Part shown: piece by piece, positions 24,252-36,800 of the stretch | How the letters are laid out: each line of letters opens with the position of its first letter | Numbering within the stretch: position 1 is the stretch's first letter | Assembly: GCF_003704095.1 (NCBI RefSeq) | Contig: NW_020844827.1 | Location: forward strand, 124,001 to 188,000 | DNA: 64,000 bases | Source: Pocillopora damicornis | Taxonomy: Eukaryota | Direction of reading: 5' to 3' | Notes under the pieces: model-generated | Told to the model about the DNA's origin: nothing | What the model saw: the letters and a program-made list of their open reading frames with translations, nothing else | Database searches by the model: none | Program-made: the position numbers and the translations under genes

Positions 24252-25218
24252 CGTGTTAATAATAAACATGGAAAAATACGAGATGGTCTATCATAATTAA
24301 ACATAAGCAAAGCGCGCGCATCAAGTGCAAAAAATAATTTATTCAAACCGTGCGTTCGGTCAAAACAACTGCGTACGATCAAAACAATAATATGCAATGA
24401 TATCTTCACATCTTTAAGGTGCAAAAAAGTTCAAAGTCCGGCTAAACAGTTCAAGGAATTGTTCAGTCTGTGTCCGAATCACTTTCGATGAAATGGAATC
24501 GTCGTTTCCGAGGTTTAACCATGTTTGTTTTAAATTTTAAAGTCGGATCGAATGGCTTTTGAGATACCCCTAGGGAACTTGGGACGAGACCGCCGATGGC
24601 AGTTACACTTCCCATCGATTCCCCTATTCCTTACTAAAAATTCCCCTTGACCGTCTACGGCACTTTCAGACTTCCGGTCATCAGTACAAGAATATGCAGG
24701 TTATGGAGCTTCTGAACTGTTTTATATCTTAAATCATCTCATGACTTCAAAGAAACGCAACAGCATAATGAATTTCTATGTCGCTGAAGGTTCCTAACAA
24801 ACTGCATTGAAAATCGAAGAAAAATCCGTGTTGACTAATAGACTGACTAAATCTCCAATTGGATGATGTAGAAACAAAAATAAGATACTTACAGTTTTTG
24901 GTTTCAAAACTGACTTTCCCTATTTCTTCTTATTGAAGAAAAATTTATTTCTTAGTAGTTTTTTCCGTTGCAAATTTATAATCCTGTAAGGTACGTTCAA
25001 GTATGACGTCATGTCATAACACATCTATTTATAGCTCAGTTAAAACATGATGCAAGGATGATGAAAGTCATGTAAACATACCAAAATTAGACATTGGAAG
25101 AATACTTAACAACCCGTGTTACAATTTTCATCATTCTTTTTAACTACACCAAGCCAGAAAAACATGACCATCATAAAATCACTTTTCCATCGACAAAAGA
25201 AACGAAATTGTTCTCGGC

Positions 25219-25938
25219 ATGGGCATAGCGGGATGGAACGGCCAAATTGTACTGAAACCGCGAACTCGTAGTCAAAGCCATGTTTTTCGACAGGAGAGTT
25301 ACAGCACGATCGAAGATCCTCTCCTTGAAGATGCACAAATGTATATTGGAGAAAACTTCACTGTCAAACATGGAAATCTTTTTAATCTTCGCCGTAAAGT
25401 TTGCACGGAAACACACTCTGGTGTGGTATTTACCGAACTCAGACAACTAAAACCGGTTTCGCAAATGTCCTTGTCAAAAGGAGCTAAACGAATGTCAACA
25501 TGTCCCAACGCCGGGGGTAGCTCAGAAAAGAGTGAAATTCTAAGTTTTGAGCTCCTTCGGCGCTGTTTTGGAGCCGATCTGCAGAAAACCGAAATGGAAG
25601 TGCAGTATTTTCCCGAAGGTGGCTCCATAACCGATTATACATGTATGATGTTTAGCACTAAAGTAGGTGTTTCTGTGACAAGGGCCATGAAATATCAAGG
25701 AGATTTCACGGTAGAAGATGCTCAGAGACTGCTCAACAAAAAGCTTAGTGGAGTCCTAAGGTCCTCCAAAAACACCATGGAAAAATGGAGCAAACAGATT
25801 TTGCACGTCTGGGCAACCTCTGTGGCAGTCTCTGTCCTAATTGCTGAAGCATATAATTTAATACCCAAGGACTTAAAATCAAACACTGTTGTCTTAGTTA
25901 CAGTGACGGAAAATAACGAAGTTTTTTCAAACAAATAA
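25219..25938 (+). CDS. AAC4-like protein (intronless; possible PD-(D/E)XK nuclease-like fold)
   Basis: Motifs PNAGGSSEKSEILSFELL, LQKTEMEVQYFPEGGSITDY, VGVSVTRAM, LLNKKLSG and WSKQILHVW match my recollection of the Dictyostelium AAC4-like family found in invertebrates. Confidence 0.75.
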   Translation: MGIAGWNGQIVLKPRTRSQSHVFRQESYSTIEDPLLEDAQMYIGENFTVKHGNLFNLRRKVCTETHSGVVFTELRQLKPVSQMSLSKGAKRMSTCPNAGGSSEKSEILSFELLRRCFGADLQKTEMEVQYFPEGGSITDYTCMMFSTKVGVSVTRAMKYQGDFTVEDAQRLLNKKLSGVLRSSKNTMEKWSKQILHVWATSVAVSVLIAEAYNLIPKDLKSNTVVLVTVTENNEVFSNK

Positions 25939-26075
25939 TATCAGACTCGATTTGAATTGTGCCGATAGTGGCCACTGTTTAACGCAAGAAGTTTGTAAAT
26001 AATCTTTTTTAATAGAATTGAACCGATGTAAGATAATCTTCACGACATGTACAATGTTTTTGTAAACTGTAAATA

Positions 26076-29000
26076 TTACGAGTACAGCATGTGACGATAA
26101 AAGGAATTGATGTCCATTTTGCATGTGGAACAAGGAAACTCTTTGGTTAAAAAAGGCTCATACCTATAAGAAAAGGAAAATAAAAACTAGTAAATTAAAT
26201 TGAAAACAAAATAAAATATTTTCTCTGCCTAAAATATTAAACCATTTTGTGCCCTGCAGATCTATGTAGCCCTGATAAGCAAGAACCTCCTCAATTGTAA
26301 TCCAAACTCTAACATCAGTAAGCATACTCTTCATACTGTTTTCATTACATATCTTAAGGTTCTATACATATCTTAAGGTTCTATACACATCTTAAGGTTC
26401 TATACATATCTTAAGGTTCTATACATATCTTAAGGTTCTATACATGTCTTAAGGTTCTATACATGTCTTAAGGTTCTATACATGTCTTAAGGTTCTATAC
26501 ATGTCTTAAGGTTCTATACATGTCTTAAGGTTCTATACATGTCTTAAGGTTCTATACATATCTTAAGTTTGTTTGAGCGACTAGCATCTCATTTCTCCCT
26601 ACAACATCAGCCCTGAATCAAACATCACGGTCATGAGAATAAGGAAATGATCACCAACTAAAGAAGCTCTCGATTGTTTACCAAATTCTCCTCATCAGCA
26701 CCTTAGCAAATGTACAGAGAACTGTATAAAGATTTTGCATGTACTGATATGAGGGTGTTAAGGGTTAAGAGACCTACCAAAAATTCACTGCTACATTTCT
26801 TGGCTCTTCCTTACTTGGAGATGACTGGACCTCATGCCACCAAAATGATGGCATAAACAGAACATCACCTTCATTTATAGTACAATTCAAAGCCTGTGCC
26901 TCTTTAAATTTTGGAAATCTTTGATAATCTGGTTTAAGGATATCAACTGGAGACATCACCATTGAGGTACTTTCTAGAAGCTTTTTACGACGGAACTTCT
27001 TGTTTGTGGGATTGTAGCTGAGTGTAGCCTCTTGAATATGAGCTTCATACAGTTTTGCGTTATCATGTGGTTCATATAAGAACAATTGTTTTGTCCCACT
27101 GATCTGAAAGGGAAAAGAGATATTGATAATGATATTCACTTGGTTTGACTGCAGTTATAAAGCTGTACACTTTTATAGAGATGTATAAATAAATAGTTAA
27201 TCCTTAAACCACTAGGAGTGATAAACATCAAATTTCTCCCAACACTATTAATCCTGAATCAAACATTTAGGTTATGAAAATAAAGGAAATGATTGCGAGT
27301 TCAAGTAGGGAGAACTTGTAAACTGATGTTAGGGTGTAAATGGTTAACCCTTTAATTCCCAAGATCTCATTAGTAATTCTCCTTACTGTCTGATATACAA
27401 TTCTTCTAATGTTACTTCTGAGAATTTGGCATTGGATCAACTAATGATCCCCTAATCGATACTCTTCTAAGTTCTCATCACTTGACTTCTTGATTTTGTA
27501 TTGATATTGTAAGGAGAAATTCTATCTTGGTCACTCATGGGAGTTAAAGTGTTCACAAAATCTTAATCCAGTTTGTAGTACCCATTTATACTCAAGGATG
27601 AAGAGATGCATTGAGCGAGTAAAGTGTCTTACACCCAACACAATGACCCAGCTAAGTCTTAAACCTGGACCTTTCAACCCAAAGTCCACCACATTGACCA
27701 TAAGGACAGCGCATCTCCCACTTTTTTTTCATGCCATTGTGATTTTTTTGTTTCAATTTACAAAACTAATTCAAAATATACTCCACTTGAACATCTTCTG
27801 TTTAGATCAACTTACCTGACACAGAAAGTTGTCAAATGGGTCAAAATGCAGCTTGCCTAACGTATTACCATTACTTAGCCAAATATTCAAATGTCTTCTC
27901 TTTAATTCTCCAGCAACAAAAGGCATTTCTCTGATGTCTTGTTCGAGCTCTGGAAGTAAACTTGGTATTGAAGAGTACTCTAAATAAGCTGAAATATGAC
28001 TATCATTTGATGCCTGAAGTATTTCCATGAAAGATGAGAATTTCATTTCTAAAAATGCAGGACGAACAACTACCAAGTCTGGAAAAGGAAGCTGAGATTT
28101 CACCACATCTGGAAAATTGAAATGTTTGAAATCCTCAAAATTGTTGGCTTTCTCACAACCTTCATATTCTCCATAAGGTGCAAATGCAATCCGCACCATC
28201 TTGTGTCCAAACTTTTTTGTGAGGAAATCACTTGTCCATTTTTTTATCGCAGGCCAGTTTTTTACAGCATCTATGAAAAGTCAAAACAAGGGTAATTTAC
28301 AAAAAACTGTTACGTGATGAGGAAAATTGAATGACCTATAGTTGGTTGGTGCCTTAGGCTACAGTGAAGTGTCTAGGTTGCCAGAGAAACCTGGGGGGTG
28401 GTGAGTAACCCCTTGTTATAGACTGACATCCTCCTTTTAAGAAGATTGGCAAAACTGATAGAGCTAGAAAAAGGCTATTAGATTCATGCTGTGGAGGCTG
28501 AGGTAAGCTTAAGTCAGATAAGCCACTAAGCTTAAGAAAGAAGATAAGTTAAATTTAATTTTTAATTACTTCCAATAAAATTGTCCAGTCTGAAGATCTT
28601 CAGGGAGGGGTTTGTGGGGAAAAATAATCTGGCTGCTGTTCACAAAGGTTATTGGAAATGACTCTAAACACATTACCATGTTTGTACAATGTTTCTCACC
28701 TGTGATGACAACCGGCTTTGATCGAAAATAGTATTCATTTAAAAATTTCTCTTTGGAAGGAAGAGGAATCCGTTCACATGTCCCACCAATGTTGACAGGG
28801 CCTGAATTATGATCATGTCTAAGGTCCTCACGTTTTGGAACCCGGTACAAATTTTTTAAAATTCTCCTCCTTAATAGACCGGCTGGAGATAAACTACCGT
28901 CCTGTTGCCTGAAAGTCTCACAGTTTTCATTGAGAAATGCAAGTAATTCTTGAACTGTTCTGGAGCCCCGAAATATCTGGGCTTTAGGTAAATGTTCCCA

Positions 29001-29375
29001 AGCTGGTCGTATAAGGCATGCCCTGTCCGACTTTTTTCTTGGAAAGAACGCCAGATCGCTATAATCAGCCAAATCTCGACTTGTACTACGTTCCCACGAG
29101 ATCTTACTTGCATCACCAAGACTTAAAACTCCCACATTAACTCGGCTTTCATTTTTAAAAGCCATAGAAAGTTTTTGAAAAATTGAATGAAGAGTAGTAT
29201 CCTTCAACGCCGGCTTCAATGCCGCCAAAACGCAACCGCTCTTCACTGCTGCGGTGATATTTGCGAGAGAATATTCATTCAGACCTTCTAAGTCTGCTAA
29301 ATTTATACCAGGCAAGAGTGAAATGATTAAAAGGTATAACAATTTCACTGAAAATAACCTCGTTACTAGCGCCAT
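26076..29375 (-). CDS. JmjC (cupin-like) 2-oxoglutarate/Fe(II) oxygenase with signal peptide and N-terminal thioredoxin-like domain
   Basis: Exons 29375-28700, 28270-27816, 27103-26778, 26163-26076 (TAA). JmjC motifs SKPVVITDAVKNWPAIKKW, NIWLSNGNTLGKLHFDPFDNFLCQISGTK, EGDVLFMPSFWWHEVQS and AVNFWY; the HxD...H metal ligands are intact. Hydrophobic N-terminus (LLYLLIISLLPGINLA). Confidence 0.85.
26347..26568. repeat. 19-bp minisatellite, ~12 copies
   Basis: Unit tatacat(a/g)tcttaaggttc repeated head-to-tail with no spacers, inside a MITE remnant in the last JmjC intron. Confidence 0.95.
27343..27552. mobile_element. TTAA-flanked MITE (piggyBac-like)
   Basis: ttaaccctttaattccc...gggagttaaagtgtt terminal inverted repeats. 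Related copies at ~45164, ~63675 and others. Confidence 0.7.
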
Positions 29376-30120
29376 ATTTTCTTTATTAGGTGTTGCGTGA
29401 CCAATAACCGAGAGAGATTGGGAACAAACTTACGTGGCGCGCTCAGACTCACAGAGGGAAGAGTCTTGTTCTGTTGAAAGTATCTCTGAAGTTTGAGAAA
29501 AGATCCTTTCATAACACTCGAGGTTTAATTTCGAGGTGATAATTGGGTGGTTAAGTGCGGTGATCTCATGTAAGTCGCGGCGTTTTCGAGTTGAGCTCTT
29601 CAAAGTGCTTCAGAATCAGAAGAAACGGAAATAATTTTAACACTATTTTGCACCTTGGTCTGAGGACTGGGAACTCAAAAAAGTAGCGCATTTTGCAGTA
29701 GTCAGCTAGAGAATACGAAGAATCACTTCAGTCAAAACTAATTTTGTTAGATCTCGCAACTGACCCTTTTTTAACTTACTGATAAAGGATCTTTATTTGC
29801 AAAAGCCTTGACATTGGTTTTTTTATGGAAGGGAGAGAAAATTGTCTTTTTTTATTCTCGCAGCTATGATTGAGACTGATGGTAAGCAAGTTTTATTTTT
29901 TGATCAGATTTACGTAATTTACAGGCGTTGGAAAGTGATAAAAAACGGTAAACAAAATTGAGCATGTCAAGAACAAGCTCTCTGCACACAAACAAGATCT
30001 CCTTGAGACCTGTAAGTCTTCTAGCATTTCTTTATTATTTCTCTCAGTCACTACTAGCAAGGCGTGAAGCGCTGAAAGCGCGAGTCCCAACTCTACACGC
30101 CTCTTCCCGCCGTTTGCGCC

Positions 30121-32262
30121 CTATCCAATGCTAAGTTCTGTTTTCAACTCGTGTTGCTTTTCAATCAACTTAGTGAAGTCTTCCTCGGACAGTTCAGCTT
30201 GTAATTCTTGTTTAGACAAGACTAGTTCAATAGCGAGCAGTTGGCTTGGCTTGTAGGCTGCCCAGTTAATACTTAAGTAAATTTCGGATAGGACACTCTT
30301 GTTCATGAGGAACGCGCTTGCTTGAAATGTGACGTAGGCGCACTCCAAATGAACGTGCATCAAATAATCTGCGAGGAGACGAGTCAGGAAAAACATTTGT
30401 CCTTCATTGCTTGACCGAAACAAAGATCCAGTCACAGCGCTTGCCTGCTTTGTAGGTTTTCCAAGAATTACCATCAGAAGCTTCATAAACTTCGTGGCTT
30501 CGTGATCCGTTGTAAAAAAGTTGGGTCCATCAACCCATTTCTTTACGACAAAGTTATAGATAGCGTCGCAATATCTTTCGTGAACTTGAGCTGCCCAGAA
30601 GAGGCAATCTTTGAAGATGGGGTTTACCAGGTACTCATGAAACTCTAAAGAATTGTCCCAACTTTCCTTGTGGAGAGGCGATGGATGAAGAGCTAAAAAA
30701 ACGTTAAACACCGCCAAGGCTACAGCACTCGTTTCCGTTACTTTCATCTCATCTGTGGCTAAGTATTCCTCGAGCATTGAAAGCACCATGTTTGTTGTTG
30801 GATTTTCAACGGGTGTGAAAGTGTCAGAAAGAGCTGAAAGCAACCTTGTGTACCCTTGAGACCCAGCTTCGCGAGTAGCTCTGTGTAGAATTTCGGCCTT
30901 CTTCACCAGACAAGCAGCAGATTCGAGACACCGACTCGAAATGTTAATTTGAACTTTCTTCACGGGTCTTAGAATATAAGCCAAAGCCATTACTAGAAAA
31001 TTGTATTTACAATTCTGGAGAAACTTTGTAGGGTTTTCTTTGAGCAGCTGAGTGAGCGATGTATCAAACAAAACCGGCAGTACTTGATTGCTTTGTACGT
31101 AATGACAAAAAGATTGCGTTACAGAGTCGCGGATTTCCCTCAGAGCGTGACACGTTTTCAAAATGTCTTCAGGAGAGCGGTGATCCACCATGTTATTCTT
31201 AGCAATAAAATAATTTGGCACCGAGCCTTTGGCATAGAATGCAATAAGGAAATCGAGCAGTTCAAGAACATTTGTGGCCAAGCTCTGTTCATTCCAAACC
31301 TTGACTCCCTTCTTCTCAAGCAACCAAAATAAACACGTTTTGAGATAATACGAGGCGAAAGCATCTGCGTCACGCAATTTCATCTCACTTTTGATCAGTA
31401 CCTTAAGCACGGAGTATGCTAACTTTTGTTCGTCTGTCAGGGAACGAGCAAGCATCAGCTCAGCAACAGAGAAGGAAAATCGCCACTCGAACTCCTTGAG
31501 GTGGCTCATGTGGGAACCAACCGGAACGACATGACAACCCTGAGATGATATCGCGGAAACCTGCTCGAAACTTGGCCATGATTGCGGCCTGTCCCTAAGA
31601 ATCCACTCCGTCGCTTGCAATGGCCACTTTTCACATTTCAGCCCATATACAAAGTCATGATCGACGTTATATGAGCCAGTGGCATACTGCAAGGAATACG
31701 AAGGACCTACAATGGAGCCTTCCTTCGATGTCATCCATGGAAGACTCAACGGAATGAGCTCCCGACTACTCTCGATGAATTTCGAATTCTGAAGGCAGTG
31801 CTCCCGAACAGAATCTGAATCAGTTGGAAAAATGAGCCTCTTTTTCGACAAGTGTAAATATCCTGCATGCGAAGCGTCATAAATGAACAGGTCATTTTCC
31901 GCGATATTTGATCCCTTGTCAGAAAGAGACCCTTTCTCATGCGCAACGTGTTCGTCTTCTTCAATGCTTTTCTCTCCTTCGGTCTTCTTTCGCTTCACAC
32001 CTTCTTGTAATTTAGGGCTGGTTTTGATGATCATGTGGTCGGCATCAGTATTCCATGTTTGACCGTGAACCAGTTGAGGAAGAGAAAGCCCTTCGAATCC
32101 GCTTCCGGAATGAATAACCTCTACATCGGGATAATCGCGACAAGCTTGTGCCAAGTTTTGGGCATGTTCATCGATGATTCTCTCCATGTCTCCTCTGAAA
32201 ATATTGAAAAAGGATACCAGATCCAGCACTAAATTCAAATGTAGTACCTCTGAGTTATCCAT
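30121..32262 (-). CDS. cGAS-like receptor (cGLR) / Mab-21 family nucleotidyltransferase, intronless, with helical C-terminal extension
   Basis: HSGSGFEG...TDADHMI (GS plus DxD), [17 protein letters not shown]...[30 protein letters not shown] and VPNYFI..NNM are Mab-21/cGAS signatures. The start is uncertain: ATG 32262 or 32367; the ORF is open to 32430. Confidence 0.9.
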   Translation of the reverse strand: MDNSEVLHLNLVLDLVSFFNIFRGDMERIIDEHAQNLAQACRDYPDVEVIHSGSGFEGLSLPQLVHGQTWNTDADHMIIKTSPKLQEGVKRKKTEGEKSIEEDEHVAHEKGSLSDKGSNIAENDLFIYDASHAGYLHLSKKRLIFPTDSDSVREHCLQNSKFIESSRELIPLSLPWMTSKEGSIVGPSYSLQYATGSYNVDHDFVYGLKCEKWPLQATEWILRDRPQSWPSFEQVSAISSQGCHVVPVGSHMSHLKEFEWRFSFSVAELMLARSLTDEQKLAYSVLKVLIKSEMKLRDADAFASYYLKTCLFWLLEKKGVKVWNEQSLATNVLELLDFLIAFYAKGSVPNYFIAKNNMVDHRSPEDILKTCHALREIRDSVTQSFCHYVQSNQVLPVLFDTSLTQLLKENPTKFLQNCKYNFLVMALAYILRPVKKVQINISSRCLESAACLVKKAEILHRATREAGSQGYTRLLSALSDTFTPVENPTTNMVLSMLEEYLATDEMKVTETSAVALAVFNVFLALHPSPLHKESWDNSLEFHEYLVNPIFKDCLFWAAQVHERYCDAIYNFVVKKWVDGPNFFTTDHEATKFMKLLMVILGKPTKQASAVTGSLFRSSNEGQMFFLTRLLADYLMHVHLECAYVTFQASAFLMNKSVLSEIYLSINWAAYKPSQLLAIELVLSKQELQAELSEEDFTKLIEKQHELKTELSIG

Positions 32263-33089
32263 GTTGCTCTTCACTTCAAAGCCCGAGAACGTGCAACGCA
32301 AAACACCCACCCTTCCCGGCCACCCTTTCGCGCATCTCTCCACAACTAGCGTCCAGTTTTCTCTCATACATACATTCGAACCTGTATGTACACGGGGAAA
32401 GGCGGGTTGACTGATCAAAATAGGTTCCACAGTATAGTGGTGTTATAAAAAAAGTGTCTCTTAGACCCATAATTGACCTCTCGGTGCACAAAAACTCCCT
32501 TCAAAGTACCAAATACATTGATTTCGGGAGAGAAAAATGGATTGATTTACTTGAAGGATTTTTCTTAGTTTTAAGTGCTTCCGCTTTAGTGGCACAGGTG
32601 GAGGTATTAGTAAAGATTGACCACGGCCGCTTAATATAAGTGAAAATTACAGTAAGGCGAAAAAATTTGGGACTTTGACAAGCGATGGTTAATAAAGGGT
32701 GACCGCTAAATACAGCGGCCCTCGATACAGGTTCCACTGTATTGCGGGCTGCTAATTGGAACCCCTCATCACCAAGATGTAACCAATAACCAGTAACAAG
32801 TGACCAGCATCTAATTTCTCCTTACAATATCACCCCTAAATCAAACATGAAGGTCACGAGAATGACGGAAATGATTACAAGCTCGTGATTGTTAGACAAA
32901 TTCTCCTTGTCAGCACCTTAGGAAACGTATAGAGAACAGTATGGAGAATTTGTATACCGATGTTAGAGTGTAAAGGGTTAACTTAAATCGGGCCTTCCTT
33001 CATTGCAAACCTGTCATTTATTTATTCATCTCCTTCCCTGAGGCGTTGGCTTATCTTATTTCCTTCGTTGACAATCTTAAGACTCTCCT

Positions 33090-33215
33090 TGGATCTGAGC
33101 AACTTCGCACCTACCCCTCCCCTAACCCAAGCACAGGCAACTGATGACAAGCTGGGGTTATTGATGCGTTAGGGGAGGAGTAGGTGCGCAATTACCCAGA
33201 TACTAGCATTGATCC
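33090..33215. mobile_element. Palindromic MITE (acctacccctcccctaaccc...ttaggggaggagtaggtgcg)
   Basis: Internal inverted symmetry. Second copy at ~36920-37050. Confidence 0.65.
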
Positions 33216-33845
33216 CTCTCCTTTTATATCGCGTTAATGTTTTTTTGCTAATCTGCCTTGTCTCGCTCTTTTCAACGAAAGATGTGCGTAAAAATAGAAA
33301 AAATACAAGTTTTGAAATTCATTAGTATCATGCTACAGAAGACGTCGAAGTCCTGCGTTAGATTCTGGAAGAACTACGAGATTCGAAAACTTCACCATTC
33401 CCCCGCCCCCCGGCATTTGAACTTTTGAAGTTTGGTTTGTTCAAATTACCACCTCCACTTTCCACTGGAAAGACTTGACACTTCTGGTTCAAATTCCCAA
33501 CCCCAGCAAGACCAGGCTAAAATTCCCCACCCCCGAGCAAGGAAGATGGTCGGGGGTTTCCCGAGGGGAAAGGATGTTGAAGCTTCGAATTGATAGGCGC
33601 ATTAGCAGTCACGGAGACGAAAATAAAAGCTAGCGATGACGATGTTTCAAAACTACGGCCAAGTCAACAGTTACGAAAAAAAAGTCTACAGGAAGCGACG
33701 ACTAAGCCAACAACCACGATAACAAAGACGACGCACCAACATACCCCACAGAACATATGAAAATGCACAATAGTTTATCCCTATCCTGGACCACAACTTT
33801 CATATTTCCCTCTCTACCGTTCTATAAATATCAATAATATTAAGT

Positions 33846-36800
33846 TTATGACTCGGTCAGAACTGGGCCGAGGTTGATATGTAGCTTGTGTTTCAATGTA
33901 ACCACTTGTTCTTCCGACTCCTGACCGCCTCGCACCAGGGCTGTTGTTATGTGTTTGTATTCATACTGCATGATCATGGAAAACTGAAAAATAATGACAG
34001 TAAATGACCAATTATCGTCTTTTTTAAAGAAGACCTCATGCATACCACAGTTCTTCTAACAGAGAGAGGTTCGGAACGAGTGTTTCTTCGCCCGCGGTAA
34101 AGTTCGCGACCTTGAGCAACAGGAAGCGGTAAAGCAAAGCTAGGACTACCCCGGATTATTTTCAACACTTAACTGAAATAGAAAAACGCTGCTTTGAAAA
34201 AGACAAGAACTCCTACACACCTTGACATCCCCAAGTGGCTTTTGTGGCAAAACTTTTACAAGAAACCATAACTTGTTGGCTTGTCGGTTGACGACAACTC
34301 TGATAAGACAACAAAAGCAGCTATAACGTTACAACCTACAGTTTAATACACTATGGCAATTAAAAACATTGAGGTTGTAGTAAATCTTTTAATCCTTCAA
34401 ACAAATTTTTTTTTAGTAGTAGTAAAGAAGTACTTTATCTGAAGTATTTGAATGTGTCAATTGAGACAGCGTGTAATCTAAGTACTAAAACTGATTTCAG
34501 TTGAGTAATCTCAGCGGCCAATGAGAGCTATATAATATTTCACAAAGATTTACCTAATATTTGGTAGATATTTACTGAACCGCTTTGCGGCTCAGCAAAC
34601 AGTCACCACTAGCCACCGAAACTGAGATCAATAGTTGTGTTAGTATACGCTTAACAGTTTCAACATTTATTCCTGCAACAATTACAATTTTTATCGAGCG
34701 GAGGCCGTGAATAGCGAAGGATAATTGGAATATGAGCAGCCAATCAGAGCGCGCCTTCGACGCTATCCGATGTTTCGTATATATGTGTATTAAATTATTT
34801 CATTTCACAACTAACCTTGGATTATCANNNNNNNNNNNNNNNNNNNNNNNNNNNNNNNNNNNNNNNNNNNNNNNNNNNNNNNNNNNNNNNNNNNNNNNNN
34901 NNNNNNNNNNNNNNNNNNNNNNNNNNNNNNNNNNNNNNNNNNNNNNNNNNNNNNNNNNNNNNNNNNNNNNNNNNNNNNNNNNAAGTACCAGAGTCTATTT
35001 CATCAAACTCAGCAGCCTCGTCACGTGCTCCTAACATCAGCGGGAACGTTGGCAAGACAACCTAGGAAAACAAACAAAAACCCAAACAAACAACGAACAA
35101 CAGCGATTAAAAATATCGATTGCTATACGTGAGTTGCCTTCTCTCAGGGACCGTGGACCCTAAACCCNNNNNNNNNNNNNNNNNNNNNNNNNNNNNNNNN
35201 NNNNNNNNNNNNNNNNNNNNNNNNNNNNNNNNNNNNNNNNNNNNNNNNNNNNNNNNNNNNNNNNNNNTTTTCTGTTGCATTATGGCCAGCTACTAATGAT
35301 GCATTTTGGTGCAATCTCATTGGTTCTCCTGTGCTTTACATTATGGCACACTTTCAATGGTACTGTGGTTCTTCTAAATTATAAGTACCCACTACCAATT
35401 TGTTGAAAATTTGATACCCTGTCTCTGCCTGTCAAGTTTCCAGATTGGTAAAAAAAATTCTGCTGGGAAGCAAGTGAGGAATTTGAGCTCACAATTGACA
35501 CTCACCTTACCAAACTTCAGAACTGGGACATTTGAAATTTTCAACAGTGGTACATAATGCCTGAACAAGATAAACAAAGAAACTGGTTAACAAAAATAGT
35601 CCAAGCTGAAAGTTATTTTGTACATTACAAGAAAAACTTCTTACAGCAGACTTAATAGTAAGCCTTTATACAGGCCCAAGTGGCCATGGGGCCAGTGCTT
35701 AACTACGATTTTCTTAGCATGAAGCGGCTAGGAGTATTGCTACTCCTCCTTGGATGGGATGCTAGTCCATTGCAGGGTTACCCCCAGCACATTTGCTGGT
35801 ACTCATTTGTACACCTGGGTGAAGAGAAGCACTGTGAGATTAAAGTGTCTTGCCTAAGAACACAACACAATGACCCCAGCCAGGGCTCGAACCTGGACCA
35901 CCCAATTCGGAGTCAAGTGCACTAACAAAAATGTCAGAACAATTGCAAGAGAACAAAGTCAGTTTTAGTACTGTATCAGTACTCATAACTAAGATGATTG
36001 TTTCAAATACAAGTGACAAGGGGCACAGAAGATTTGCTACAAGAAGAATCAACTCATGTCCGCGGGAAATTAACTCAGAAATTGCAGACCTCAACCCCCA
36101 ACAGTTTAACCCCTGGGGGGCACTTAGCATTGATTTCTTACCAAGATGTCACTACTGAATCAAACATCAGGCTCATGAGAATTATAGAAATGATTGCAAA
36201 CTTGAAAAGCTTTTGATTTTTTAGCATAATTCTCCTTGTCAGTGTCATAGGAAATGTGTAGGGAACAAAAAGGAGAATATACATGCTGATGTTAGGGTCT
36301 ACAGGGGTAAAATCTTTCATGAACTAAAAGCAGAATCATCAATGTCTCCCAAAGATAAAACGTCAAAGTTGGTAACCTGTGGCACTTGGACTCTCCCTAA
36401 AGACACCCCTGGACATAAAACAGAGCCATGTACTTACACTGCTCCTAACTGAATCTTGAATTTTATTGATGATGGGTTGAACTCTGGTTTGCTGAGGTTA
36501 TGTTCACATTCCTGTGCAATGAAAAAATAAACAGAGCTGTCTCAGTCATGAGCCAAAACATCACAATTATCTAACAGGTTTCCTTTCCTCACCCTGCAGC
36601 GTTGCGATCTCTTTGCCAGGAGGTGTTTGTGTCTAGGGTGAAGATCACTATAATATAAACAGAAATGACAATAATGTTATAAATAAAGAAATGGAACAAT
36701 GTAGTTAATGGCTGTGCAAGCATAAAAGCTCTCTGCAGTTTGTAACAAGTTTTGAGTACACATTCTTATCTCACCCAATGGCTCCTGGCTGGAAATCAGG

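Noticed and set aside
25164-25271. Upstream overlapping ORF ending TCG TAG, possible +1 frameshift into the AAC4-like ORF
   Set aside because: No recognisable shift site or stimulatory structure, and the main ORF has its own ATG. At most a uORF.
26347-26568. CRISPR-like array
   Set aside because: Units are head-to-tail with no unique spacers, the context is eukaryotic and there are no cas genes; it is a minisatellite.
32263-32430. N-terminal extension of the cGLR ORF from a non-ATG start
   Set aside because: Begins at a GTG within repeat-like sequence. A eukaryotic start is more plausibly ATG 32262 or 32367.
33115-33180. Telomere-like ccctaaccc / telomerase RNA template
   Set aside because: Part of a palindromic MITE with a second copy at ~36950, not a tandem telomeric array.
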